Below, piece by piece: positions 47,673 to 57,108 of a stretch of 64,000 bases of DNA; within the stretch, counting starts at the first letter, position 1, and each line of letters opens with the position of its first letter. The position numbers and the translations under genes are program-made. Source of the stretch: Candidatus Latescibacterota bacterium. Its GTDB lineage: Bacteria > Latescibacterota > UBA2968 > UBA8231. Below the pieces are notes generated by a model, which was given only the letters and a program-made list of their open reading frames with translations, was not told the origin of the DNA and did not search any database. Where the stretch lies: contig OZ242005.1 in assembly GCA_965204725.1 (NCBI GenBank), positions 3,456,001-3,520,000 on the forward strand, given 5' to 3'.

Positions 47673-48848
47673 TCAATGGGTCGCGTGCTTTTTGCGGACC
47701 GCGCTCAGGGCCTTGCGGATTTCCTCCTGCTCCTGTAGCTGCTCGCTGACCACTATGGCGGCCTCGCTCGTCAGGCTCTCTACCGAGGTCGTGGTAATCA
47801 CTGGAATGCCGTGGGCGGCGCTCGTTTCAACGAGATAGTCCTGAATTTTGAGAATATCCTCCAAGTGCTCCATATAGCGGTGGGCCGAGCGCGACGGCGC
47901 CTCGCTGGCGCGCTGGGCAAAGCGGTTCTCAAGGGCCTCGCGCCCAGGAAGTTCCAAACAGACCGGCGTGATAAAGGCATGGCCGGCGTATCCCTCTAAG
48001 CCCAGCATATCGCTGATTAAGTGTACGCCGTCGATGATGACGCTGGTGTTTTCCTCAATGCAGCGGCTGATGATGGCCTTGACCCCAATGCAGACGCTGC
48101 GCGCCTGCTCCAGAAACCCGGCGACCACCGAGTCGAGATGGCCGACCGCCGGAGCAACCTTCCAAGCGGTGTACGAGGAGGTATGCAGGGCCGGCATCAG
48201 CTCCTGTGCCAGCGTCAAGCGCATGACTTGGCGCAAATCGTCGGTCGCTACCACCCGGGGGATATTGAGCAAATTGGCCAGTGAAATCGCCAACGTGGTC
48301 TTGCCCACCCCACTGGCCCCCCCGATGAGGATGATCAGGGGTTTATCTACATCGCCCCAAGCATGCCACAAGCAGTAGCGTTCGGCAAAGGACTCGTCAA
48401 AGGACTTTTCGATCAGTTCGGCCGCCAGTGCCGCCAACTCCGAGGGCGCGATGTGCTCGCGACGCTGGTCTATCAAGCGGGCTTCAATCGTCTGCGCAAT
48501 CTCGTAGCTCTGGTCTGGGGACAATCCAGACGCCTGAATGGAATTCGACAGCAACTCCTTGGAGAAAGGCCGCGACCCGCTCTTGCCCTCGACGATGATG
48601 GTGGTGGGCTGGCGCTCCCAAAAAATTAGGTCGCCAGCCTCGTATGGGCCGAACCCCTTGCGAATGGCCTTACCTACGAGTTGGACCATGTCCTTTTTGC
48701 GCACGAGCTCTGCCTTCCCCAAAGACACGCGCACCGCATTGGCCACAGCGCGGGCGTCTTCGTAGCTGAAGCCGCGCTCAATTAGGTAGTGTACCAGCAT
48801 CCCCCGCATAAATGGGATGCGCTTTTTGCCATCGACTATGGTTGCCAC
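47673..48848 (-). CDS. 2-phosphoglycerate kinase-like P-loop kinase with two ATP-cone-like domains
   Basis: PFMRGML and PFSKELL..S cones; GGASGVGKTT, TDDLRQVMR, LHTSSY, IIDGVHL; GTG at 48848. Confidence 0.8.
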   Translation of the reverse strand: MATIVDGKKRIPFMRGMLVHYLIERGFSYEDARAVANAVRVSLGKAELVRKKDMVQLVGKAIRKGFGPYEAGDLIFWERQPTTIIVEGKSGSRPFSKELLSNSIQASGLSPDQSYEIAQTIEARLIDQRREHIAPSELAALAAELIEKSFDESFAERYCLWHAWGDVDKPLIILIGGASGVGKTTLAISLANLLNIPRVVATDDLRQVMRLTLAQELMPALHTSSYTAWKVAPAVGHLDSVVAGFLEQARSVCIGVKAIISRCIEENTSVIIDGVHLISDMLGLEGYAGHAFITPVCLELPGREALENRFAQRASEAPSRSAHRYMEHLEDILKIQDYLVETSAAHGIPVITTTSVESLTSEAAIVVSEQLQEQEEIRKALSAVRKKHATH

Positions 48849-48861
48849 AATAGCGATCCCT

Positions 48862-49818
48862 TTATGGCCACGCGGCGTTGGCGTCTTCCCACGCGGCAAT
48901 CGTCCGTTCCAAGCCCTCGGCAAACCCCACCCTCGGCTCGTAGCCCAACTCGGCCTGGGCCCGCGATATATCGGCTGACGAGAAGCGGATATCGCCCGCT
49001 CGCGGCGCGGCGAACATCGGCGTCAACTCGGTCCCCAAAATTTGGTTGAGTGCGGCGATCAATTCGAGCAGCGACGCGCTGCGGCCGCAGCCGATATTGT
49101 ATATCCGCCCGGCGACTCCCGGAGTCGTACTGGCCCTCATATTGGCCTCGACCACATCCCCGACATAGACGTAATCGCGCGATTGGTGACCATCGCCAAA
49201 AATGGTTGGCGCCTCGCCGGCTCGCATCCGAGCGACAAAAATCGAGATGACGCCCGAGTACGGAGAAGACGGCACCTGCCGCGGACCAAAGACATTGAAA
49301 TAGCGCAGGCCGACCACCTCCAGACCGTACGTCTGGCTGTACACTCGAGCGTAGTGTTCGCCCATGGCTTTGGAGACCGCGTAGGGAGCCGCGGGTTCGG
49401 GCGGCATGTCCTCGCGCTTGGGCATTTGCGAGTTGTTGCCATACACGGCCGCCGAACTAGCAAAAACCACGCGGCGGACCCCAACTTGCCGCGCCGCTTC
49501 CAAAAGCCGCAGCGTCCCCACGGCGTTGACCTCCTGATCGACGAGGGGCTGCTCAACCGAAGCGGGCACTGAGCCGATGGCTGCTTGGTGCAGGATGCAA
49601 TCGACCTGCTGCACCACCTCGGCTAGCAAGGCCGCGTCGCAAATATCGCCCTCTACGAACTCTATCTCGTCGCGGATCTCGGCCAAGTTTTCGCGCCGGC
49701 CCGTGCTCAAATTGTCCAGAACTCGCACTGCGTTCCCTGCTGCACACAAACGCTGACAGAGGTGAGAACCAATAAAGCCCGCCCCACCCGTGACCAAATA
49801 CCGATCCATATTTCCCAT
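48862..49818 (-). CDS. NAD-dependent epimerase/dehydratase (GalE-like)
   Basis: TGGAGFIGSH, SSAAVYG, YAVSK, LRYFNVFGPRQ. Confidence 0.92.
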   Translation of the reverse strand: MGNMDRYLVTGGAGFIGSHLCQRLCAAGNAVRVLDNLSTGRRENLAEIRDEIEFVEGDICDAALLAEVVQQVDCILHQAAIGSVPASVEQPLVDQEVNAVGTLRLLEAARQVGVRRVVFASSAAVYGNNSQMPKREDMPPEPAAPYAVSKAMGEHYARVYSQTYGLEVVGLRYFNVFGPRQVPSSPYSGVISIFVARMRAGEAPTIFGDGHQSRDYVYVGDVVEANMRASTTPGVAGRIYNIGCGRSASLLELIAALNQILGTELTPMFAAPRAGDIRFSSADISRAQAELGYEPRVGFAEGLERTIAAWEDANAAWP

Positions 49819-50061
49819 TTCCTCGTCTCGCCTCGTATCGCATCAAAGGTTGGCTGCGTAATATAAAAACGGCAGGGCGTCCGCGCACAACGCTTTGAGC
49901 GGCGCAATCGGCTTGTTGATTTGCGCCCACGCTTGTATATTTGTAAAACTCACACGAGGCGGTGTGGGAGGCCATGGCAAACGCTGTGGCCTTTTTTTTA
50001 TACTACAACAATATGGAAGCCAACGACCAGCTCGGGAGGCTCGGAGAAAGTGGGGGGCCTT

Positions 50062-51036
50062 GTGATTATCGCCGGTGATGTCGGTGGCACCAAAACGTAC
50101 CTCGCCGCCTTCGACCCCGCCGCCCAAGGCTTTGACCCCCTCGTCGAGCGGCGCTACCAAACGGTGGCCTATCCCAGCGCCGGTGCGCTGCTCAAAGCCT
50201 TTACCGCCGAGACGCAAATCGTTCCCAGCCGCACGGTCTTGGGCGTCCCCGGCCCCGTCCACCAGCTTCCCGTCCGCGCCGTCAACCTGCCTTGGCTCAT
50301 CGATCCCAGCGAAATTTCGGCCGTGCTCCACGGGACGGACGTTCATCTGCTCAACGACCTGCAAGCGACTTCCTACGGCACCTTGGTCTTGGGGCCGGAC
50401 GACCTGTGTCCGCTCAACCGAGGTCAGTGCGACCCCAAGGGCAACATCGCCGTCATTGCCGCCGGCACCGGGCTGGGCGAGGGGGGCTTGTGCTGGGCCG
50501 AGGGCCGCTACGCAGCAATCGCCTCCGAGGGCGGCCACTCGACCTTCGGGCCAAATTCCGCGCTCGAAGTCGCGCTCTGGCGTTTTCTCAACGAGCACTA
50601 CGGCCACGTTAGCTGGGAACGGGTTCTCTCGGGCCAAGGCTTGGCCGCGATCTACGACTTTCTGTGCGCCCGGCAGCCCGACCGCGCCGACGCCTCTTTG
50701 GCCCCAGAGGCCGCACAGCCCGACCGCGCCGACGCCATCGCTCACGCCGGCCTCAAAGGCCATTCTGCGCTGGCCGCAACGGCCCTCGATCTCTTCGCGC
50801 TCCTCTATGGTCGCGAAGCGGGGAACTTGGCACTAAAGCTGATGTCTTCGGGGGGGGTTTTCGTCGGCGGTGGCATCGCGCCCAAAATTCTCGCCAAGCT
50901 GCGCGACGGCCGCTTTATGGAGGGCTTTATGGACAAAGGGCGCATGGGCGCACCCCTCGCGTCCATGCCCGTCCACGTCGTACTCAACGACAAGACCGCG
51001 CTGCTGGGCGCCGCCTATTGGGGAACGCAGTTTTAG
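50062..51036 (+). CDS. glk: glucokinase
   Basis: GDVGGT, NLPW, LLND, GTGLG, SEGGH, ERVLSG.GL, GGIAP, F..KGR. Confidence 0.92.
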   Translation: MIIAGDVGGTKTYLAAFDPAAQGFDPLVERRYQTVAYPSAGALLKAFTAETQIVPSRTVLGVPGPVHQLPVRAVNLPWLIDPSEISAVLHGTDVHLLNDLQATSYGTLVLGPDDLCPLNRGQCDPKGNIAVIAAGTGLGEGGLCWAEGRYAAIASEGGHSTFGPNSALEVALWRFLNEHYGHVSWERVLSGQGLAAIYDFLCARQPDRADASLAPEAAQPDRADAIAHAGLKGHSALAATALDLFALLYGREAGNLALKLMSSGGVFVGGGIAPKILAKLRDGRFMEGFMDKGRMGAPLASMPVHVVLNDKTALLGAAYWGTQF

Positions 51037-51132
51037 AAATCCAATAGTGAAATTTACGTGTATGATATGGCAGTCCTAAATGACTCGAAAGCATGGAATG
51101 TTGATCTGCCCGGTTTTTTTTGCCTATCAGGC

Positions 51133-51159
51133 GTCATTCCCGCGAAAGCGGGAATCCAG
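51133..51159. repeat. dRS3/REP-like palindrome
   Basis: GTCATTCCCGCGAAAGCGGGAATCCAG, i.e. ATTCCC-N8-GGGAAT. Confidence 0.75.
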
Positions 51160-51289
51160 TCTTGAAGGATGTAGGATTGCTGTATGAATAAGAAGGCAGC
51201 GCGGACTGGGCTGTCGTAGGAGTAGCGTTTTGTCGAGGAGATCGTCGTCAGCGACGTAGCGGAATTACCCTTTTAGCTTAGGCGCGGGC

Positions 51290-51520
51290 TTACGAGGGCC
51301 AGAACCGCAAAACGATATTGAGTAACGCTAAACCCGAAGTCATCACTACAACCAGAATTTTGACGCTACCTTTGAGTTCGGCCATCTCGGCCTGCAATCG
51401 CGCCATATCATCCTTTAAGACCGCTCTCAACTCAGCAAGATCAGCTTTGGAAGCGAGATGATCGTACACGCCTTCCAGCCGGGCTAAACGCTCTTCAATC
51501 GTCGGGGGTACGGTAGCCAT
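51290..51520 (-). CDS. small coiled-coil protein with C-terminal TM helix, copy 1 (76 aa)
   Basis: MATVPPTIEERLARLEG...LASKADL...; near-identical to copies 2 and 3. Confidence 0.85.
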   Translation of the reverse strand: MATVPPTIEERLARLEGVYDHLASKADLAELRAVLKDDMARLQAEMAELKGSVKILVVVMTSGLALLNIVLRFWPS

Positions 51521-51544
51521 AGCGGTGCGCTCTTTTCGTTTGGA

Positions 51545-51760
51545 GTTTGGGGTGTACTTATGAACATATAGGACGAGGTTGAGCCGCGTCAACGAAAAAT
51601 CGACTTCTTGCTCGCGGTCTAAAAGTGCCTTAACCTAACGCGGTCAACCGTTCAACTTATTTTGAGCCCATCGCCCCGACCCTGACGCTAAACCCGCGTC
51701 CGTCCTCTACACCAACAAGCCCCGCCGAGACCATATCCCGGCGGGGCTTGTTGTCTTTTA
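51545..51760. repeat. duplicated non-coding cassette A (divergent promoters plus hairpin)
   Basis: High identity to 52441-52721. Minus strand TTGACG-N18-TATGTT; plus strand TTGCTC-N17-TAACCT; 15-bp stem at 51713-51753. Confidence 0.8.
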
Positions 51761-51801
51761 GCTCGCCCTCCTTGAATTACCTTTTTAGCTGAAACATGGG
51801 C

Positions 51802-52044
51802 TTACGAGGGCCAGAACCGCAAAACGATATTGAGTAACGCTAAACCCGAAGTCATCACTACCAGCAGAACTTTGACGCTACCCTTGAGTTCGGCAAGATC
51901 GGCTTTAAGGTCGCTCTCAACCCGCGCAATATCATCCTTTAAGACTGCTCTCAACTCAGCAAGGTCGGCTTTGGAAGCAAGATGATCATACACGCCTTCC
52001 AGCCGGGCTAAACGCTCTTCAATCGTCGGGGGCACGGTAGCCAT
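51802..52044 (-). CDS. small coiled-coil/TM protein, copy 2 (80 aa)
   Basis: AAGGAG RBS; same N- and C-terminal regions as the other copies. Confidence 0.85.
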   Translation of the reverse strand: MATVPPTIEERLARLEGVYDHLASKADLAELRAVLKDDIARVESDLKADLAELKGSVKVLLVVMTSGLALLNIVLRFWPS

Positions 52045-52099
52045 AATCGGTGCGCTCCTTTCATTGGGGTTTGATTGCCTTTTTAGCTTAGGCACGGGC

Positions 52100-52417
52100 T
52101 TACGAGGGCCAAAACCGCAAAACGATATTGAGTAACGCTAAACCGGAAATCATCACTACAACCAGAATTTTGACGCTCCCCTTGAGTTCGGCCATCTCGG
52201 CCTGCAATCGCGCAATATCCTCCTTGAGACTGCTCTCAACCCGCGCAATCTCGGCCTGTAATCGCGCCATATCCTCCTTGAGATCGCTCTCAACCCGCGC
52301 AATATCATCCTTTAAGACCGCTCTCAACTCAGCAAGATCGGCTTTGGAAGCAAGATGATCATACACGCCTTCCAGCCGGGCTAAACGCTCTTCAATCGTC
52401 GGGGGTACGGTAGCCAT
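52100..52417 (-). CDS. small coiled-coil/TM protein, copy 3 (105 aa)
   Basis: AAGGAG RBS; expanded internal repeats. Confidence 0.85.
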   Translation of the reverse strand: MATVPPTIEERLARLEGVYDHLASKADLAELRAVLKDDIARVESDLKEDMARLQAEIARVESSLKEDIARLQAEMAELKGSVKILVVVMISGLALLNIVLRFWPS

Positions 52418-52440
52418 AGCGTTGCGCTCCTTTCGTGGGG

Positions 52441-52721
52441 GTTTGGGGTGTATAGGGTGGGGTTACTATGAACATACAGGACGAGGTTGAGCAACGTCAA
52501 TGAAAAATCGACTTTTTGCTCGCGGTCTAAAATCGCCTTAACCCAACGCGGTCAACCGTTCAACTCGTGAGTACGGCGACCGCACAGATGAAGTTGGCGG
52601 TCGGCTGCGTCGCCCGTAACATTTCGCGCCCATCGCCCCGGCCCTGACGCTAGCCCGCGTCCATCCCCTACACCCACAAGCCCCGCCGAGACCATATCCC
52701 GGCGGGGCTTGTTGCCTTTTA
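52441..52721. repeat. duplicated non-coding cassette B
   Basis: Copy of 51545-51760 with an extra ~50-nt hairpin-forming insert (52566-52620). Confidence 0.8.
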
Positions 52722-52742
52722 ACGCACACTCACCGCACCGTT

Positions 52743-53942
52743 TCAGCCGAGCAACTCCCTCAGCCGACGCCCAATCTGCGCCGGCTCGCCCTCCTTGAGG
52801 CACATCGGCCCAAAAATCACAACCCCCTCGTACACATCTGTGGGGTTGGCGGCAATCTGCGGCTGGCCTTCCTGTAACGCCTTGACCAGTTCCAGCGCCG
52901 TCATGCCCGCGGCCTCCTCGTCGAGCACCAACCGTGCAGTCGGAATCTCGGTGCGCTTGCGGTCCGCTACCACCGCAATCTCAGCGTGTCGCAGCGCACC
53001 ACACGCAGCGACCAACTCCGCCATCAGCGCATACCAGCGCTGCCGCCGCGCCGCCGGGTCTTCGGCCACAAAAAGACGCAGCGCCTTCACCAACCCGGCG
53101 ATCTCCTCCTTGCCGACCTTGCAGGGCCGCCCAATGCCATGCTGCGGAGCACCGGGTAACTGCGACTTGTCGATCAAGCTCGCCGGCGGGTCCCACAGCT
53201 CGGGCATCACGTCGAGGTCTTGGTGTTGCAGCGCGGCCGCAGCGATCAAATCGCGCCGGCCGCACAAAATCCCCGAAGCCTGCGGCCCGCCGATGGCCTT
53301 GCCACCGCTAAAGGCAACCAGATCGGCCCCAGCGGCAATAAAGCACTGCAAGTTGCTCGCCGGCGGCAACTGCCCGGCCGCATCCACAATCACCGGCACC
53401 CCTCCCTTGCGCGCCGCGGCCACCACTACCTCCAGCGACGGCTGCGTGTGCGCGTACGCCACGTACACTATGGCCGCCGTCCGCTCGCTAATCGCCGCCT
53501 CAATCTCCCAGCCTTCCGCATCGCGCACACCCGCCCCGGAAAAGCGGTCGGCGATCCCCACCTCCACCAACTCAATCCCCACCGAGCGCACCGCGTGGTC
53601 GTAGAAGTTCCGATGGCTGCGCGCCATGATCACTTCGCTCTTCATCCCAGCCGTATCCGGCAAGCGGTTCATCTTCCCCGGGTCCAATCCGGTCACACAA
53701 GCGGCCGTTCCCAGCAACAAGCCCGCCGCGGCCCCACTCGTCACATACCCGGCCTCCGCGCCCGTGATCTCGGCGATCACTTCCCCGGCCCGCGCCTGCA
53801 TTTGCGCTATATCCACGCAGCACTCCGAAGCCTGCCGCATGGCCTCGGCCACCTCCGGGTGCATAACGGACCCACTCAACCGCGTGGCCGGCCCTACGGC
53901 GTTGATAATCGGCTCGACGCCTAGCTCTTGATATATATTCAT
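52743..53942 (-). CDS. SelA-like PLP-dependent enzyme (DgaE-like)
   Basis: IY..LGV.PIINA.G..T.L.GS, VTSGAAAG, VDAA, FSGGKAIGGPQ, IGR..KVGKEEI. Confidence 0.85.
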   Translation of the reverse strand: MNIYQELGVEPIINAVGPATRLSGSVMHPEVAEAMRQASECCVDIAQMQARAGEVIAEITGAEAGYVTSGAAAGLLLGTAACVTGLDPGKMNRLPDTAGMKSEVIMARSHRNFYDHAVRSVGIELVEVGIADRFSGAGVRDAEGWEIEAAISERTAAIVYVAYAHTQPSLEVVVAAARKGGVPVIVDAAGQLPPASNLQCFIAAGADLVAFSGGKAIGGPQASGILCGRRDLIAAAALQHQDLDVMPELWDPPASLIDKSQLPGAPQHGIGRPCKVGKEEIAGLVKALRLFVAEDPAARRQRWYALMAELVAACGALRHAEIAVVADRKRTEIPTARLVLDEEAAGMTALELVKALQEGQPQIAANPTDVYEGVVIFGPMCLKEGEPAQIGRRLRELLG

Positions 53943-53956
53943 TATTACTTTTAGAC

Positions 53957-55276
53957 CTAAAGCGGCCTTCCCCCGCCGTCGTAGAGTAAGCCGGGGGCCG
54001 GGAAGCGAGCGCAGAGTGCCCGCACCTCAGCCGCCACCTCGGCGTACTCCGCTTTGCGGTCGTCGAGTTCGAGTGCTCTATTGGCTCGGACCTCGGCGAC
54101 CCGCTCCATCCACTCTGCTAACTGCTCCATCTCCGCCGTGCCAAAGCCCCGGCTGGTAATCGCCGGCGTGCCGATGCGGATGCCGCTGGGCTTGCGCGCC
54201 GGCCGCGGATCAAAGGGTACGCGATTGAAATTGCAGACGATGCCCGATGCGTCTAGGGCCTTGGCCATGGCATAACCAGTAACGCCCTTATCAGTCATGT
54301 CCATGAGGATCAGGTGATTGTCAGTGCCGCCCGAGCTGAGGGCAAAACCCCGCGCCGACAACGCGGCGGCCAAGGTCTGGGCATTGGCGACGATCTGTTG
54401 GGCATACCGCTTAAACTCCGCGCTCATCGCCTCCTTGAGCGCCACGGCAATCGCCGCCGTGGTGTTGTTGTGCGGCCCGCCCTGCAAGCCCGGAAACACC
54501 GCTTTATCGAGGGCTTCAGCGTACTGCGCCCGGCATAAGATCATGCCGCCGCGCGGCCCCCGCAGCGACTTGTGAGTCGTCGTAGTTACCACATCCACGT
54601 GCGGCACGGGGCTGGGATGCACTCCGGCGGCCACCAATCCAGCAATATGCGCGATGTCGGCGACCACGATGGCCCCCACCGAATGCCCGATCTCGGCAAA
54701 ACGCGCAAAGTCGATGATGCGCGGATAGGCCGTGCCCCCGCAGAAGATCAGCTTGGGCCGATGCGCTTTGGCCAGTGCTTCGACTTGGTCGAAGTCAATT
54801 TGGCCGGTGTCCCGGCACACTCCGTATTGCACGGACTTGTAGTGCATCCCCGAGATACTAACGCGGTCGCCGTGCGTCAGATGACCTCCGTGCGCCAGCG
54901 CCAAGCCCATGACCGCATCGCCCGGCTGGCAGAGGCCGACGTACACGGCCTGATTGGCCGGCGAGCCCGAATAGGGCTGCACATTGACGTGCTCAGCACC
55001 AAAAACCTCCTTGGCGCGCTCGATGCAAAGCCGCTCGATCTTGTCAATTTCTCGCTGGCCCTCGTAGTAGCGCGCACCGGCGTACCCTTCGGAATACTTA
55101 TTCGTCAGGATTGAACCGCTGGCTTCGAGTACCGCTTGACTGGCGTAATTTTCAGATGGGATTAGGCGAATTTTGTTGTGCTGACGCCTGTTTTCAGCGC
55201 GAATGATGGCCTCGACTTCCGGGTCTGCCGTCGCCAGCGTCCCTGCGATTTCGGGCTGCACCGCCAATGCCTCCAT
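53957..55276 (-). CDS. glyA: serine hydroxymethyltransferase
   Basis: LIPSENY, NKYSEGY, GGHLTHG, TTTTHKSLRGPRGG, FPGLQGGP; ATG at 55276. Confidence 0.95.
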   Translation of the reverse strand: MEALAVQPEIAGTLATADPEVEAIIRAENRRQHNKIRLIPSENYASQAVLEASGSILTNKYSEGYAGARYYEGQREIDKIERLCIERAKEVFGAEHVNVQPYSGSPANQAVYVGLCQPGDAVMGLALAHGGHLTHGDRVSISGMHYKSVQYGVCRDTGQIDFDQVEALAKAHRPKLIFCGGTAYPRIIDFARFAEIGHSVGAIVVADIAHIAGLVAAGVHPSPVPHVDVVTTTTHKSLRGPRGGMILCRAQYAEALDKAVFPGLQGGPHNNTTAAIAVALKEAMSAEFKRYAQQIVANAQTLAAALSARGFALSSGGTDNHLILMDMTDKGVTGYAMAKALDASGIVCNFNRVPFDPRPARKPSGIRIGTPAITSRGFGTAEMEQLAEWMERVAEVRANRALELDDRKAEYAEVAAEVRALCARFPAPGLLYDGGGRPL

Positions 55277-55349
55277 TGGTTTTGTTCTCCCCAGCGCGTT
55301 TGTTAATTTGGGTGTGATTAGCGCACAAAAACTACGTTGGGGGATTTCT

Positions 55350-56918
55350 ATGAGCAAGTATTTGGGCATCGACGCGAGCACCCAGTCCATCACCGGCCTG
55401 CTCATCAATCCAGAGCAGCGCACCATCGTCGCCGAAGCGTCCATCAACTTCGACGAGCACTTCAAAGCCACCTATGGGGTCGTCAACGGCGTCCTCGACT
55501 TTGGCGCGGGCGTGGTCCACAGCGCACCCCTGATGTGGGCCGAAGCACTGGACCTGCTCCTGCAAACGCTTGCCGACCAAGGCCACGATCTCAGCACCGT
55601 GCGGGCTATTGCCGGCAGCGGCCAACAGCACGGCACCGTCTATCTCAACGCCCACGCCGGCCCAGCCTTAGCGCGTCTGTCGCCCATCCAGCCGCTCAAA
55701 AACCAACTCGCCGCCATCTTCGCCCGCCCGACAGCCCCTATATGGATGGACACTTCCACGGCCTCGCAATGCGCTGAGATCGAAGCGGGCGTCGGCGGGC
55801 GCGACGCACTCCTCGCGCTCACGGGCAACGCGGCCTTTGAGCGCTTCAGCGGCCCGCAGATTCGCAAGTTTTACCAGACCGAACCCGCTGCGTACGCCGC
55901 CACCACTTACATCGGCTTGGTCAGCTCCTACGTCGCCAGCCTGCTCGCCGGTCGGCTCGTCGGCGTTGACCCGGGCGACGGCAGCGGCACCAACCTGATG
56001 GACATTGCCGCCCGCCAGTGGAGCGCGCCCGCGCTCAACGCAACCGCTCCCGGCCTAGCCGCTAAACTCCGGCCGATCGCGCCCTCTGGCCAGCCCGTCG
56101 GCGTCATCAGTCCTTATTACGTGGGTCGCTACGGCTTTGCGGACGATTGCCTCGTGTTGCCCTTTTCCGGCGACAATCCGTGCAGCCTCATCGGCCTCGG
56201 CCTCGTCGCTCCCGGGCAAGTCGCCCTGAGTTTGGGCACTTCGGACACCCTATTCGCCTGCATGGACCAGCCGCGCACTTCCGCAGCCGGCGAGGGCGCG
56301 GTCTTTGCCTCGCCCGACGGCGTCCACTACATGGCCCTGACTTGCTATCTCAACGGCAGCTTGGCCCGCGAGGCCGTGCGCGACCAATACGGCCTGAACT
56401 GGGATCAGTTCACCAGCGCCCTCCGCGCCACGCCGCCGGGCAACAACGGCGCGCTCATGCTTCCGTACTTCGCGCCGGAAATCGTCCCCAAAGTCCCCCA
56501 AGCCAACGTCGTCCGCCACAACCTCAACCCCGCCGACGCACCGGCCAATGTCCGCGCCGTCATCGAAGCCCAAGCCCTTTCCTCGCGCATCCACGCCCGT
56601 TGGATGGGGGTAGAAATCTCCTCGCTCTACGTCACCGGCGGCGCGTCGGCCAACGCCGAAATTCTGCGCGTCTTCGCCAACGTCCACAACTGCCCGGTCC
56701 ACCGCTTCGAGACGACCAATTCGGCGGCACTAGGCGCGGCCTTGCGCGCCGCTCACGCCCACCAATCCGCCGCCGACCACGCGCCTTCGTGGGCGGAAGT
56801 CGTCGAGCCATTCGCTCAACCGGTCGCCGGATCAACCATCGCGCCGGAGCCGAGGGCCGTAGCCGCGTACGACGAACTCATCGACGAGTACGCCTCCCTA
56901 GAGCAAGCGCACACGTAG
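55350..56918 (+). CDS. FGGY-family xylulokinase, eukaryote-like subtype
   Basis: LGIDASTQS, GSGQQHGTVY, PIWMDTST, ERFSGPQI, GDNP, SLGTSDT, TGGAS.N; ATG at 55350. Confidence 0.85.
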   Translation: MSKYLGIDASTQSITGLLINPEQRTIVAEASINFDEHFKATYGVVNGVLDFGAGVVHSAPLMWAEALDLLLQTLADQGHDLSTVRAIAGSGQQHGTVYLNAHAGPALARLSPIQPLKNQLAAIFARPTAPIWMDTSTASQCAEIEAGVGGRDALLALTGNAAFERFSGPQIRKFYQTEPAAYAATTYIGLVSSYVASLLAGRLVGVDPGDGSGTNLMDIAARQWSAPALNATAPGLAAKLRPIAPSGQPVGVISPYYVGRYGFADDCLVLPFSGDNPCSLIGLGLVAPGQVALSLGTSDTLFACMDQPRTSAAGEGAVFASPDGVHYMALTCYLNGSLAREAVRDQYGLNWDQFTSALRATPPGNNGALMLPYFAPEIVPKVPQANVVRHNLNPADAPANVRAVIEAQALSSRIHARWMGVEISSLYVTGGASANAEILRVFANVHNCPVHRFETTNSAALGAALRAAHAHQSAADHAPSWAEVVEPFAQPVAGSTIAPEPRAVAAYDELIDEYASLEQAHT

Positions 56919-57108
56919 GGCGTATCGAGTTCTGTGCGTAGGTCCGTCGGCGTCTGAAAACCGAACGAGTTTGCATCAACACATGCTATATGTTTGGTAG
57001 CTCGACGTAGAAGAGGGCCGCTTGACACAGGGCCTCTTTTTAATTTTTATGCCTTTTTTTCGCAAACCCTACATGAGACGGATCTTCACAAGGTTGTAAT
57101 GCTGCTTT

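Noticed and set aside
51290-52417. Diversity-generating retroelement
   Set aside because: No reverse transcriptase; the differences are module indels and mostly synonymous changes, not adenine-specific.
52743-53942. Selenocysteine synthase selA
   Set aside because: It is short, lacks the SelA N-terminal domain, has DgaE-like motifs, and no selB, selC or selD is nearby.
55277-55349. ZTP or glycine riboswitch upstream of glyA
   Set aside because: The divergent intergenic gap is only about 70 nt with no recognisable aptamer.
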